Shown: positions 20,959 to 30,805, counted from the stretch's first letter. The stretch is DNA of 64,000 bases from Clostridia bacterium (GCA_050950825.1 JBMNIH010000003.1:224001-288000); one strand, 5' to 3'. Numbers and translations are program-made. The notes: a model not told the origin generated them from the letters alone.

Positions 20959-22058
20959 GGTTCTACCTCCTTCCGCCTTAACGACTTTGTAATGGTGCCT
21001 CCTCCTACAACATAATCATCCTTGTATAAAACCACCGCTTGGCCCGGAGCCACATAAGGCTGGGGTTCCTCGAAAAGGATTTCGGCTTTATTGTCTTCCA
21101 TCGGCGTAATGACGGCCTTTGCTTCTTTGGCGTGATACCGAACCTTTACATTCGCCTCGAAAGGCTCATCCGGGTTGTCAAAAAGAATGTAATTCATTTG
21201 CTCCGCCACAAGTCCGCCAAAAACCGCTTCTTCCTTGGTTCCCAAAACGATGCTGTTGTCTTCCTTCCTTTTTTCAATTACATACATGGGGCGGCCGAAA
21301 GCGGCTCCTAATCCTTTTCTTTGACCCACGGTGTACCGTATCAATCCTTGATGCGTTCCGATCGTTCTCCCTTCGGTATCCTTAAAAGGTCCGGGCTTAA
21401 TTTTTTGATCCGTATGCTTCATGATAAAGTCCGCATAGTCTCCGTTTCCGACGAAGCATATATCTTGACTGTCCGGTTTATTCGATATTTTTAAATTCAA
21501 TTGCTCCGCTATTTTCCGAACCTGAACCTTTGTGTATGTCCCTAAAGGGAACAACGATCTTTCCAACTGCTCTTGGCTCAACATGTATAAAACGTAGCTT
21601 TGGTCTTTCTGTCCGTCCAAACCCTTTTTCAAAACGTATCGTCCTTTGGTAGAATCGAATTCTTTACGGACGTAATGCCCCGTTGCGATATAGTCGATAT
21701 CCATGGATAGGGCTTTTTTCAGCATTGCCTCGAATTTGATTTTTTGGTTGCAGACAATGCAAGGGTTCGGGGTATAGCCCTCCAAATACGAGTTTACAAA
21801 TCCGCCCACCACTTCGCTTGAAAACAAATCTTTAAAATTCAATACGTAATACGGAATGCCCAAATCATAAGCGGCATTTCGAGCATCGTCGATATCTTCC
21901 AGCGAACAACAGGTTTTGTTGTAGGATTCCTGCCGGTCGTCATCCCATAATTTTAAAGTCACTCCGATTACTTTATATCCTTGTTCTTTGAGAAGCGCTG
22001 CGGCTACGGTACTGTCTACGCCGCCGCTCATCCCTACCATTACTGATTTTTGCAACAT
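20955..22058 (-). CDS. mnmA: tRNA 2-thiouridine(34) synthase
   Basis: SGGVDS, TPNPCIVCN, ATGHY, KDQSY, SQDICF, PGQAVV. Confidence 0.96.
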   Translation of the reverse strand: MLQKSVMVGMSGGVDSTVAAALLKEQGYKVIGVTLKLWDDDRQESYNKTCCSLEDIDDARNAAYDLGIPYYVLNFKDLFSSEVVGGFVNSYLEGYTPNPCIVCNQKIKFEAMLKKALSMDIDYIATGHYVRKEFDSTKGRYVLKKGLDGQKDQSYVLYMLSQEQLERSLFPLGTYTKVQVRKIAEQLNLKISNKPDSQDICFVGNGDYADFIMKHTDQKIKPGPFKDTEGRTIGTHQGLIRYTVGQRKGLGAAFGRPMYVIEKRKEDNSIVLGTKEEAVFGGLVAEQMNYILFDNPDEPFEANVKVRYHAKEAKAVITPMEDNKAEILFEEPQPYVAPGQAVVLYKDDYVVGGGTITKSLRRKEVEP

Positions 22059-22070
22059 GACACCGCCTTT

Positions 22071-22505
22071 TTAAATGTAGTACATACCGGCCACGTTCTC
22101 ATTCATGGCTCGGTATTCATTGGCCAAGTCCTCCAGAGTGATGGAATCCGCCGTTTTTATCACGCTCTCGTCAACTCTTTGCCAAACCTTTCGGCTTAAA
22201 AAATCGTTTAAGTCGCTGTCCGCTTGGTTGCCTTGGGCAACGGACAGCTCTCCTTCCAACACTCGAAGGACCATACCCACGGTTATTTTCTCCGGATGGT
22301 CTGCCAAAACATAACCTCCTTGGGCACCCTTTACACTCTTTACCAAGCCGGCTTTACGCAAGGATGAAAATATTTGTTCCAAATAGTTTACCGACACATC
22401 CTGTCTTTTCGATATGGTATTTAGCGAAAGCTGCTCGGCTCCCGAATACACGGCCAAATCCACCATGGCCCGAAGGCCGTATCGACTCTTCGTAGATATT
22501 TTCAC
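22071..22505 (-). CDS. Rrf2 family regulator without cluster cysteines (CymR-like)
   Basis: KISTKSRYGLRAM, YLEQIF, KGAQGGY; no Cys. GTG start at 22505 after GGAGG. Confidence 0.9.
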   Translation of the reverse strand: MKISTKSRYGLRAMVDLAVYSGAEQLSLNTISKRQDVSVNYLEQIFSSLRKAGLVKSVKGAQGGYVLADHPEKITVGMVLRVLEGELSVAQGNQADSDLNDFLSRKVWQRVDESVIKTADSITLEDLANEYRAMNENVAGMYYI

Positions 22506-22521
22506 TTGGTACCCTCCGTTC

Positions 22522-22577
22522 ATTCCTAGTATTCCTATATGTTTATATATATTATTCGCTTTCCGTTCATTCGTCAA
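22522..22577 (-). promoter_or_regulatory. Sigma-A promoter with putative Rrf2 (CymR/IscR-type) operator
   Basis: TTGACG-17 nt-TAATAT followed by AT-rich quasi-palindrome ATAAACATATAGGAATACTAGGAAT. Confidence 0.55.
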
Positions 22578-22614
22578 GTAAATTTTTATCATTTTTCGTT
22601 CTTTTCATCCGACA

Positions 22615-22646
22615 AAAATAAAAAAGGCCGTATCGTAAATCGGCCT
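22615..22646 (-). terminator. Intrinsic terminator or attenuator after carB-dapF
   Basis: AGGCCG-loop-CGGCCT followed by TTTTTATTTTT. Confidence 0.8.
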
Positions 22647-22734
22647 ATGAAAACAACGACACGCGGTGCGGCCGTTCTTAAGCAGACGACCGCGTGCGTC
22701 GATATGGGGGTCTTTATTTTTTGTTTCGACTTCT

Positions 22735-25700
22735 TTATATCAAAACCGTACCTTGAAATACGATCTCGGCATCTCCCGTAAGGATAACCGTTTCGTCCGA
22801 ATAATTCACCGTTACATCGCCGCCTTTTAAGATAACACGAATATCCTTTCCTTTCGGTAAGTATCCGTTTAGCGTAGCCGCCACAACGGCGGCACAGGCG
22901 CCGGTGCCGCAGGCCAAGGTTTCTCCGCTGCCCCGTTCCCACACCCGCATTTTGATCGTTCTTTCGTCGAGAATTTGCACAAATTCGGCATTGACACGCT
23001 CCGGAAAGAAGGGGTGGTTTTCAAACAAGGGACCTAAGGTTTGAAGATTAAGAGTATCGATGACGTTCCGGAAAACTACGCAATGGGGGTTTCCCATGGA
23101 AACACAGGTGATTCCGTATACTTCATCTTCCACTTGCAAGGGATACGCAATAACCGCATCCCCCGAATGCCTTACGGGGATTTTTTCAGGCTTTAATTCC
23201 GGGCTTCCCATATCCACCGCCACCTTGGCCACTTTATCGTCTTTTGTTATTAACGATAAGGTTTTGATTCCGCTTAAGGTTTCAATCCTCATTGTTTTTT
23301 TGCGCATCTTTTTTATATCATACAAATATTTTCCCACACACCGAATGGCATTGCCGCACATAAGGCCTTCGCTGCCGTCCAAGTTAAACATTCGCATTTT
23401 GGCATCGGCTATTTCCGAAGGTTCGATCAAAACGATGCCGTCTCCGCCCACACCGTAGTGGCGATCGGACAGGTAGACCGACAACGATTCGGGGGAAGAG
23501 ACCGGATTATCAAAGCAATCGATGTAAATATAGTCGTTACCCGCACTCTGCATTTTGGTAAAAGGCAGGCGGAACCGTTCGGTTCGCATTTTGCGAATAT
23601 TCACAAGCTCGGTATTGATTTCGCTGTAACGGCTCAAAAGACTGTCCGCCAAAGCCATAGCCGTATCCACGGAGGTAAGGCACGGAATGCCTAAGGATAC
23701 GGCCTTTCGGCGAAGCTTCACGCTGTCCCGTGCAGGAATACGCCCTTTTGCGGAGGTGGAAAGAATGTATTTTACCTTGCCGCTGTCCAATAGCGTGCTG
23801 CAGTTGTCATCGCTTTCGTGGATCTTTTTTACCGTTGCAACGGCAAGGCCGGACCTTTTGAGGACCTCCGCCGTGCCTGCCGTTGCATATAGCGTAAACC
23901 CCAATGCGTCAAATTTCTTTGCCACATCCATGATATCGTTTTTATCCGAGTCCCGAACCGTGATTAAAATCCCGCCGGATTTGACCATTTTATATCCCGC
24001 GGCCACAAGCCCCTTATACAGCGCTTCCGACAGATTTCTGCCGATTCCCATCACTTCGCCGGTGGATTTCATCTCGGGGCCTAACTGGGTATCCAAATCC
24101 ATAAGCTTTTCAAAGGAGAAAACCGGTACCTTTACGGCGGTATACGGTGAGGTTTTGTAAATCCCGCTGCCGTAAGGCATATTCTTTAGTTTTTCGCCCA
24201 AGCTCACTCGCATGGCCAGCTCCACCATCGGAATCCCGGTAATCTTGCTTAAAAAGGGAACCGTTCGGGATGCACGGGGATTGACCTCAATAATATATAT
24301 TTCATCTTCCTTCACAATGAATTGGATATTGACAATTCCCGTTACATTCAAGCCTTCGCAAAGCCGTTTGGTTATATCAATCAATTTTTCGGCAATAGGG
24401 TCAAAGATGTGGGTTGCGGGATAAACGGCAATACTGTCCCCCGAATGAATGCCGGCCCGTTCAATATGCTCCATAACGCCGGGGATCAGCACGTCGGTTC
24501 CGTCGTATATGGCATCCACCTCAATTTCCCTGCCGGAAATGTATTTGTCAATGAGCACCGGATTCTCGATACCCCGTTCCAGTATGATCCGCATGAATTC
24601 TTCCGTATCCGCGTCTGAAAAGGCGATGGTCATGTTCTGTCCGCCCAATACATAGGATGGACGCAAAAGTACGGGATAGCCCAGCTTTTTTGCCGCAGCC
24701 TTTGCTTCCTCTTTTGTACGTACCGTAAAGCCTTTCGGACGCAATAAATGAAGCCGCTCCAAAAGAGCGTCGAAGCGCTCCCGGTCCTCCGCCATATCGA
24801 TGCTGTCGGCACAGGTTCCTACGATATTGATCCCTTCACTTTTTAGCGTTTTCGTAAGCTTAATGGCGGTCTGTCCGCCGAAAGCGACCACAACCCCCAA
24901 GGGTTTTTCCTGCCGGATTATATGAAGAACGTCTTCGGGATAAAGGGGTTCAAAATACAACCGGTCGGACATATCAAAGTCGGTGGATACCGTCTCCGGG
25001 TTGTTGTTGATAATGACTACCCGGTATCCAAGCTTGCGCAACGCATACGCGCAATGGACCGCAGCATAGTCAAATTCGATGCCCTGCCCGATTCGAATCG
25101 GACCCGAGCCGAGGACGATAACGGTCCTTTTGCCGTCGGCATTTACGTTATCCGCTTCGTTTTCACCGCCTTCTTCGGGAAGCCGGTAGCCGGAGTAAAA
25201 ATAAGGGGTTTGGGCTTCAAACTCTCCGGCACAGGTGTCCACCATCTTGTACACCGGGGATAAGGAGTAATCCGTTTCGTATCCGGAAAGCTTACGGATC
25301 GCGTTATCGGTATATCCGAATTTTTTCGCGGTTACATATTCCTCAAAGGAAAGCCTCCGGCCTTGAATGGAGTTTTCAAAGCGTACCAGGTTTTCGATCT
25401 TGGAAAGAAACCATCGATCGATTTTCGTCAATTCGAATATCTCGTCTATCGATATTTTTCTTTTTAAGGCTTCATAGATCATAAAAAGCCGCTCGTCGGT
25501 GGCTTTTTTTAAGCCTTGACGCAGGTCTTCCGAGGAAAGCTGCGAAATCCTCGGTAAGCTTAAGGTATCGGAGGAAATTTCCGCTCCCCTAACGGCTTTT
25601 AAAAGCGCCGCTTCAAAGCTGTCTGCAATCGCCATAACCTCCCCGGTAGACTTCATCTGTGTACCTAAGCTACGGCTTGCGTATACAAACTTGTCAAAGG

Positions 25701-26781
25701 GCCACCGTGGAAGCTTCACCGTCACATAGTCTAAAGCAGGCTCAAAAGAAGCATAGGTGGAGCCGGTAACGGCATTTTGTATTTCATCCAATCGATAACC
25801 GATGGCGATTTTCGTTGCCACCTTGGCAATGGGGTATCCGGTTGCTTTGGAAGCTAAGGCGGAGGAGCGGGAAACTCGGGGATTGACTTCGATAACCGCG
25901 TATTCGAAGGAATTCGGATCCAAAGCAAACTGGCAATTGCAGCCCCCCTCCACGCCTAACGCCGATACGATTTTGATGGCTGCACTGCGCAGCATCTGGT
26001 ATTCTTTATCCGAAAGGGTCACCGCCGGTGCAATTACAATGCTGTCGCCGGTATGAATACCCACAGGATCAAAGTTTTCCATGGAGCAAACCGTAACCGC
26101 ATTGCCGGCTCCGTCCCGGATGACTTCGTACTCGATTTCCTTCCATCCGGCTACGCTCTTTTCTATCAAAACCTGCCGAATCGGCGATAAAGCCAGGCCG
26201 TTCTTTGCAATTTCCCGTAATTCTTCATCGTTTTCGGCGATTCCTCCCCCCGAGCCGGCAAGGGTAAAAGCGGGACGGACAATCACGGGGTAACCGATTT
26301 TTTGTGCAAAGGATACCGCTTCCTCGCAAGTCACGGCCGTCTCCGACGGTATACAGGGCTCGCCGATGGAGAGCATGGTTTCCTTAAAAAGCTGTCTGTC
26401 CTCCGAACGTCGTATGCATTCCGGGGAAGAGCCCAAAAGGCGAACATGATGCTTTTCCAAAAAGCCGTCCCGAGCGAGCTGCATGCAAAGGTTAAGGGCC
26501 GTTTGGCCGCCCAACCCTGACAAAATGCTGTCGGGCTTTTCCTTTTCGATAATTCGCTTTATTGTCGTTAAGGTCAGAGGCTCAATATAGATTTTGTCCG
26601 CCATGGAAGGGTCGGTCATAATGGTAGCGGGATTGGAGTTGACCAAAATGATCTCGATTCCGTCTTCACGCAGCGCCCTGCAGGCTTGCGTACCGGCATA
26701 ATCAAATTCCGCCGCCTGACCGATAACAATGGGACCGGAGCCTACCACCAAAACCCTTTGAATATTCTTATCTTTCGGCAT
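22735..26781 (-). CDS. carB: Carbamoyl-phosphate synthase large subunit fused to C-terminal diaminopimelate epimerase (DapF)
   Basis: GSGPIVIGQAAEFDY, two ATP-grasp halves and an MGS domain, then FTKMQSAGNDY, MCGNAIRC, SMGNPH, ERGSGETLACGTGA in the same frame. Confidence 0.95.
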   Translation of the reverse strand: MPKDKNIQRVLVVGSGPIVIGQAAEFDYAGTQACRALREDGIEIILVNSNPATIMTDPSMADKIYIEPLTLTTIKRIIEKEKPDSILSGLGGQTALNLCMQLARDGFLEKHHVRLLGSSPECIRRSEDRQLFKETMLSIGEPCIPSETAVTCEEAVSFAQKIGYPVIVRPAFTLAGSGGGIAENDEELREIAKNGLALSPIRQVLIEKSVAGWKEIEYEVIRDGAGNAVTVCSMENFDPVGIHTGDSIVIAPAVTLSDKEYQMLRSAAIKIVSALGVEGGCNCQFALDPNSFEYAVIEVNPRVSRSSALASKATGYPIAKVATKIAIGYRLDEIQNAVTGSTYASFEPALDYVTVKLPRWPFDKFVYASRSLGTQMKSTGEVMAIADSFEAALLKAVRGAEISSDTLSLPRISQLSSEDLRQGLKKATDERLFMIYEALKRKISIDEIFELTKIDRWFLSKIENLVRFENSIQGRRLSFEEYVTAKKFGYTDNAIRKLSGYETDYSLSPVYKMVDTCAGEFEAQTPYFYSGYRLPEEGGENEADNVNADGKRTVIVLGSGPIRIGQGIEFDYAAVHCAYALRKLGYRVVIINNNPETVSTDFDMSDRLYFEPLYPEDVLHIIRQEKPLGVVVAFGGQTAIKLTKTLKSEGINIVGTCADSIDMAEDRERFDALLERLHLLRPKGFTVRTKEEAKAAAKKLGYPVLLRPSYVLGGQNMTIAFSDADTEEFMRIILERGIENPVLIDKYISGREIEVDAIYDGTDVLIPGVMEHIERAGIHSGDSIAVYPATHIFDPIAEKLIDITKRLCEGLNVTGIVNIQFIVKEDEIYIIEVNPRASRTVPFLSKITGIPMVELAMRVSLGEKLKNMPYGSGIYKTSPYTAVKVPVFSFEKLMDLDTQLGPEMKSTGEVMGIGRNLSEALYKGLVAAGYKMVKSGGILITVRDSDKNDIMDVAKKFDALGFTLYATAGTAEVLKRSGLAVATVKKIHESDDNCSTLLDSGKVKYILSTSAKGRIPARDSVKLRRKAVSLGIPCLTSVDTAMALADSLLSRYSEINTELVNIRKMRTERFRLPFTKMQSAGNDYIYIDCFDNPVSSPESLSVYLSDRHYGVGGDGIVLIEPSEIADAKMRMFNLDGSEGLMCGNAIRCVGKYLYDIKKMRKKTMRIETLSGIKTLSLITKDDKVAKVAVDMGSPELKPEKIPVRHSGDAVIAYPLQVEDEVYGITCVSMGNPHCVVFRNVIDTLNLQTLGPLFENHPFFPERVNAEFVQILDERTIKMRVWERGSGETLACGTGACAAVVAATLNGYLPKGKDIRVILKGGDVTVNYSDETVILTGDAEIVFQGTVLI

Positions 26782-27844
26782 TTGGAACCTCCATAAGCTT
26801 CATAAATTCATCAAACAAAAAGGCCGTATCCTGCGGCCCCCCGCAGGCCTCGGGATGAAACTGCACCGAAAAAGCGGGCGTGTTTTTGTATAGAAGGCCT
26901 TCATTGGAAAAGTCATTTACATTGACAAACCATTCCTCGGCAACGGAGGGTTGTATGCTGTCCGATACGACGGCATACCCGTGGTTTTGGGACGTAATAT
27001 ATACTTTGCCGTTTTTCGTATTTCGAACGGGATGGTTTGCACCGCGGTGCCCGAATTTCAGCTTTTCGGTTTTAAAACCGTTGGCAAGAGCCAAAAGCTG
27101 ATGTCCTAAGCAAATACCCATGGTAGGGATACGATACGGAAGCAAAGCCTTCAAAGTATCGATCACATCCCGATTGTCCGTAGGATCTCCGGGTCCGTTC
27201 GTCAGAAAGATCCCGTCGGGACGAAGGCTTAAAATCTCTCGTGCCGAGGTATTGTGAGGAAGAACATAGATATCGCATTTACGCCTTTGCAACGACCGTA
27301 TAATATTTTCTTTGACCCCGAAATCCAACAACGCTATTTTTTTGCTTCCGTTGTCTTCCAAAAATCGAATTTTATCCGTACTCACCTCTGCAACCGGCTT
27401 TTCGATCCGATAACGCTTTATGGATTCCGTGTCCGCCTTTTTCAAGTCATCGGTGATCATGCCGTTCATGGTTCCATAATTTCGAAGCACCCGGGTCAGC
27501 GCACGGGTATCGATGCCCCGGATACCCGGAATGCCGTGCCGCTTTAAATAGCTGTCCAGATCAAGCCGGCTTCGAAAGTTGGACGGGGTGAGGCAATATT
27601 CTCTTACGATATATGCGGACACGCTGATTTTTTCGCTTTCCGCATCCTCCGGCATAACGCCGTAATTTCCAATAAGGGGGAAGGTTTGTACTACCGCTTG
27701 CCCGGTATAGCTCAAATCCGTCAACGTTTCCACGTATCCGGTCATTGCGGTGGTAAAAACGATTTCCGCAATAACGTCCGAGGATGCGCCGAAGGCTTCA
27801 CCTGCGAAAGTCATGCCGTTTTCCAATACAAGGTATCGTTTCAT
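26768..27844 (-). CDS. carA: Carbamoyl-phosphate synthase small subunit
   Basis: FTTAMTGY, NGPGDP, GICLGHQ, SQNHGY, QFHPE. Confidence 0.97.
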   Translation of the reverse strand: MKRYLVLENGMTFAGEAFGASSDVIAEIVFTTAMTGYVETLTDLSYTGQAVVQTFPLIGNYGVMPEDAESEKISVSAYIVREYCLTPSNFRSRLDLDSYLKRHGIPGIRGIDTRALTRVLRNYGTMNGMITDDLKKADTESIKRYRIEKPVAEVSTDKIRFLEDNGSKKIALLDFGVKENIIRSLQRRKCDIYVLPHNTSAREILSLRPDGIFLTNGPGDPTDNRDVIDTLKALLPYRIPTMGICLGHQLLALANGFKTEKLKFGHRGANHPVRNTKNGKVYITSQNHGYAVVSDSIQPSVAEEWFVNVNDFSNEGLLYKNTPAFSVQFHPEACGGPQDTAFLFDEFMKLMEVPNAER

Positions 27845-27891
27845 ATAGAATCATCCTTCCGGTAACAAAGGCTTCCATTCAAAATTCGTAT

Positions 27892-27983
27892 AAAAAAAAC
27901 AAAGGAGCTCGAGCATGATTTTACATGCCGGAACTCCTTTGTTCCGTTACTATACTATATACTTTTCGTAAATGATTTGTCAA
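27892..27983 (-). promoter_or_regulatory. carA promoter and leader terminator (putative attenuator)
   Basis: TTGACA-18 nt-TATAGT, then hairpin AACAAAGGAG...GCATG / CATGC...CTCCTTTGTT with T run, upstream of carA. Confidence 0.6.
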
Positions 27984-28005
27984 TAAGAAAGACGAAACCC
28001 TCTCC

Positions 28006-28944
28006 TTATTCTTTTTTATGATTCTTCTCCGGATTCTTTTGCTTGATCACCGGCAGAGGCTGTCCGTTGTACACGATGGAATAGGGGGGTACCGACTCGA
28101 TAAGCCAAACATTCCCTCCGATAATGGAGTCGTGGCCGATCACCGTTTCTCCTCCTAAAATGGTAGCTCCGGCGTAGATAACAACGTTGTCTTGGATATC
28201 CGGATGCCGTTTGATTCCTTTTACCGGGTTTCCGTGCTCATCCAGCTTAAAGCTTTTGGCTCCTAAGGTTACGCCCTGATAGATCTTTACATGGTTTCCG
28301 ATGTGGCAGGTCTCCCCGATAACCACACCGGTACCGTGGTCGATAAAGAAGTATTCCCCGATATGGGCTCCGGGATGGATGTCAATACCCGTTCGTTGGT
28401 GGGCATACTCCGTCATGATCCTCGGTATGATGGGTATTTCCATCTCGTAAAGCTCGTGGGCAATTCGATAAATGCTAACCGCATCGATGGAAGGATAACT
28501 TAAAATGATTTCCTCCGTGGACATTGCCGCAGGGTCTCCCTCGTAAGCCGCTTGAATGTCCGTCTGAAGAATACGTCGAATTTCCGGCAAACGAGATATC
28601 AGTTTTTTGATCGCTTCATTGGCAATTTCTTTGCATTCGTTGCACCCCGGTCTGCCTTGGTGATCGCATTTGTTTCTCAAGGTTTTGACAATTAAATTAT
28701 TGAGCTGCAACGCGGCAATACGGATGCTGTTTCCGATGATTATATTGATTCCGTCTTCGTCGATGGGCTGCTTTTCATACACGCCCGGAAACAAAGCGGT
28801 CCGAAGGTGCTCGATAATGTTGTACACGCTTTCTTTTCCCGCAAAGCCGATAATCCGCTCTTCGCAAAAATGCTTATTCTTTAAATCCTCTAAATCCTTC
28901 GAAATTTTCGGTACATTTTCATTTAACCAATCGTTTAAACTCAT
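28006..28944 (-). CDS. cysE: Serine O-acetyltransferase (EpsC/CysE type)
   Basis: GDPAA, YRIAHEL, GIDIHPGA, FIDHGTGVVIGET, KRHP and hexapeptide repeats. Confidence 0.92.
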   Translation of the reverse strand: MSLNDWLNENVPKISKDLEDLKNKHFCEERIIGFAGKESVYNIIEHLRTALFPGVYEKQPIDEDGINIIIGNSIRIAALQLNNLIVKTLRNKCDHQGRPGCNECKEIANEAIKKLISRLPEIRRILQTDIQAAYEGDPAAMSTEEIILSYPSIDAVSIYRIAHELYEMEIPIIPRIMTEYAHQRTGIDIHPGAHIGEYFFIDHGTGVVIGETCHIGNHVKIYQGVTLGAKSFKLDEHGNPVKGIKRHPDIQDNVVIYAGATILGGETVIGHDSIIGGNVWLIESVPPYSIVYNGQPLPVIKQKNPEKNHKKE

Positions 28945-29017
28945 AAATCATTTCTCCGTTATCGATTCCATACTTTCACTATTCTATGACCGGATATTCG
29001 CAAAGTTGCCGAATTTG

Positions 29018-29827
29018 TCAAAACAGAAGGATACTGACCGCCATAACCGCCATTCCCAAGATAAGCCCGTACATGGACACGTGGTGATTGGAGTACTTTT
29101 CGGCGGTAGGTAACAGCTCGTCTAAGGAAATATAGACCATAATGCCCGCTACCGCAGCGAAAACAACGCCGAAGGTGATTTCGTTAAAGATGCTGCGGAG
29201 TATAAAGTAGCCTACAACGGCGCCTAAAGGTTCCGAAAGCCCGGATATGAAGGAATAACCGATAGCTTTCCGTTTGCTCTTCGTTGCGTATAACACCGGT
29301 ACCGCGATGGCGATCCCTTCCGGAATGTTATGAATGGCTATGGCAACGGCAATGCTGATGCCTAACGCCGGATCGTCCATGGTGCCGGTCAATGTGGCCA
29401 AGCCTTCCGGAAAGTTGTGTATGGCGATGGCTAAGGCCGAAAACAAGCCCATTCTCAATAAATACTTGTCCTCCGGTACTCCGGTCTTGTCCAATTGCTG
29501 CAGATTCGGTACTTCGTGAGGATTGTCGGCACTGGGAACCAGCTTGTCGATGAGAGCGATAAGGCCGATTCCTGCAAAAAATGCAATGGTAGTAAGCAAA
29601 AAACCTTTCGAATCGCCGTAAACCGCCGCCAACGATTCACGAGCCTTCGGGAAAATGTCAATCATCGAAACATAAATCATGACACCGGCGGAAAATCCCA
29701 ATGCGCTTGATAAAAACTTGTTGCTTAAATTTCTCTTAAAAACGGATATGAGTCCGCCTATCGTCGTAGATAATCCTGCAAGCAAAGTCAGTGCAAATGC
29801 CAGTATCATCCTCGGTTCTATCCCCAT
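29018..29827 (-). CDS. zupT: ZIP family zinc transporter
   Basis: GFSAGVMIYVS, HNFPEG, HNIPEG, SLDELLP. ATG at 29827 after GGGAGG. Confidence 0.93.
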   Translation of the reverse strand: MGIEPRMILAFALTLLAGLSTTIGGLISVFKRNLSNKFLSSALGFSAGVMIYVSMIDIFPKARESLAAVYGDSKGFLLTTIAFFAGIGLIALIDKLVPSADNPHEVPNLQQLDKTGVPEDKYLLRMGLFSALAIAIHNFPEGLATLTGTMDDPALGISIAVAIAIHNIPEGIAIAVPVLYATKSKRKAIGYSFISGLSEPLGAVVGYFILRSIFNEITFGVVFAAVAGIMVYISLDELLPTAEKYSNHHVSMYGLILGMAVMAVSILLF

Positions 29828-30004
29828 CCCTTTTATAGCCTCCCGGTTCCGTATTCGATTCGTTCCGCAGTCACAAATCATTATACACAAGGAAGAACTC
29901 AATAACAAGGGTGAATCCCCGTATTCTCGAAAGATCACAAAGGCCTTCGGATGGAAATCGTATTACCGGTCATACCACTTCGCTTGCACGGTATAAAGCC
30001 TTTT

Positions 30005-30619
30005 GTATTCCCCGTCGCGCTGATACGGTGAGTAACCATAATGACCGTTTTGCCTTCGGACATGGCCAAAAATTTTCCAAAAATCTCCGATTCCGCAAGG
30101 GGATCCAAATTGCTTGTAGGTTCGTCCAAAACGATGAAGTCCCGATCTCGGTAATAGGCACGGGCGATGGCAAGCTTTTGTCACTGACGACAGCCGCCCT
30201 CGGGTCATCAATACAATGGCGAATACGTTGGCTACCACTACGGCAAGATTGGAAATGGAACCGCTTACGGTTCCGAGAAGAAACACATGAAGCTGATTCT
30301 TCTTTTCTTTCACTACATAATCGTCCGCAAGCGCTTTCCATTTGGCAAAGAAAAAGTCGAACAAATTCAAAGCCTTTATTTCTTTTGCAGAGCCGCCTAA
30401 CATAACATTTTGGTAGTATCCCGCCTCTCGAAGAATTTTCCCGTTATCTCGGACGAACTTAAACCTCAATTTGTTGCCAACATAGGTGGTGTAAAGGGTC
30501 GGAATCGGTGCAACCAAAACAATGAAGCAAAGCAGCGGATTAAATATGTATAAAGACAAGGCAACCATAACCACGGATACGATTTTTGCAGTCCGGTTGA
30601 CCGTCCCGAGGGTTTGCAA
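30005..30619 (-). pseudogene. Internally deleted ABC exporter (TM domain fragment joined to NBD tail)
   Basis: Membrane segment with AKEIKALNL is joined out of frame to Q*QKLAIARAYYRDRDFIVLDEPTSNLDP...VTHRIS. No Walker A. Confidence 0.8.
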
Positions 30620-30805
30620 GAAAAAAACAACCGAAGGTTAAATCAACCGGCATATCATCTTCTTAGATTTAACACGGGATCCAATCGTTTCTATATTTAT
30701 GTATCATTGTAACATAAACGGTTGGCCTTGTTTAACACATCATTTTATATATAAAAAATCCGAGCCTTCCCAAAAGAAAACTCGGATCTTGATTTTTTGT
30801 TTTGA

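Noticed and set aside
22589-22942. 117-aa ORF spanning the dapF end and intergenic region
   Set aside because: Out-of-frame overlap with dapF and no recognisable motif; the Cys-containing frame is a different one.
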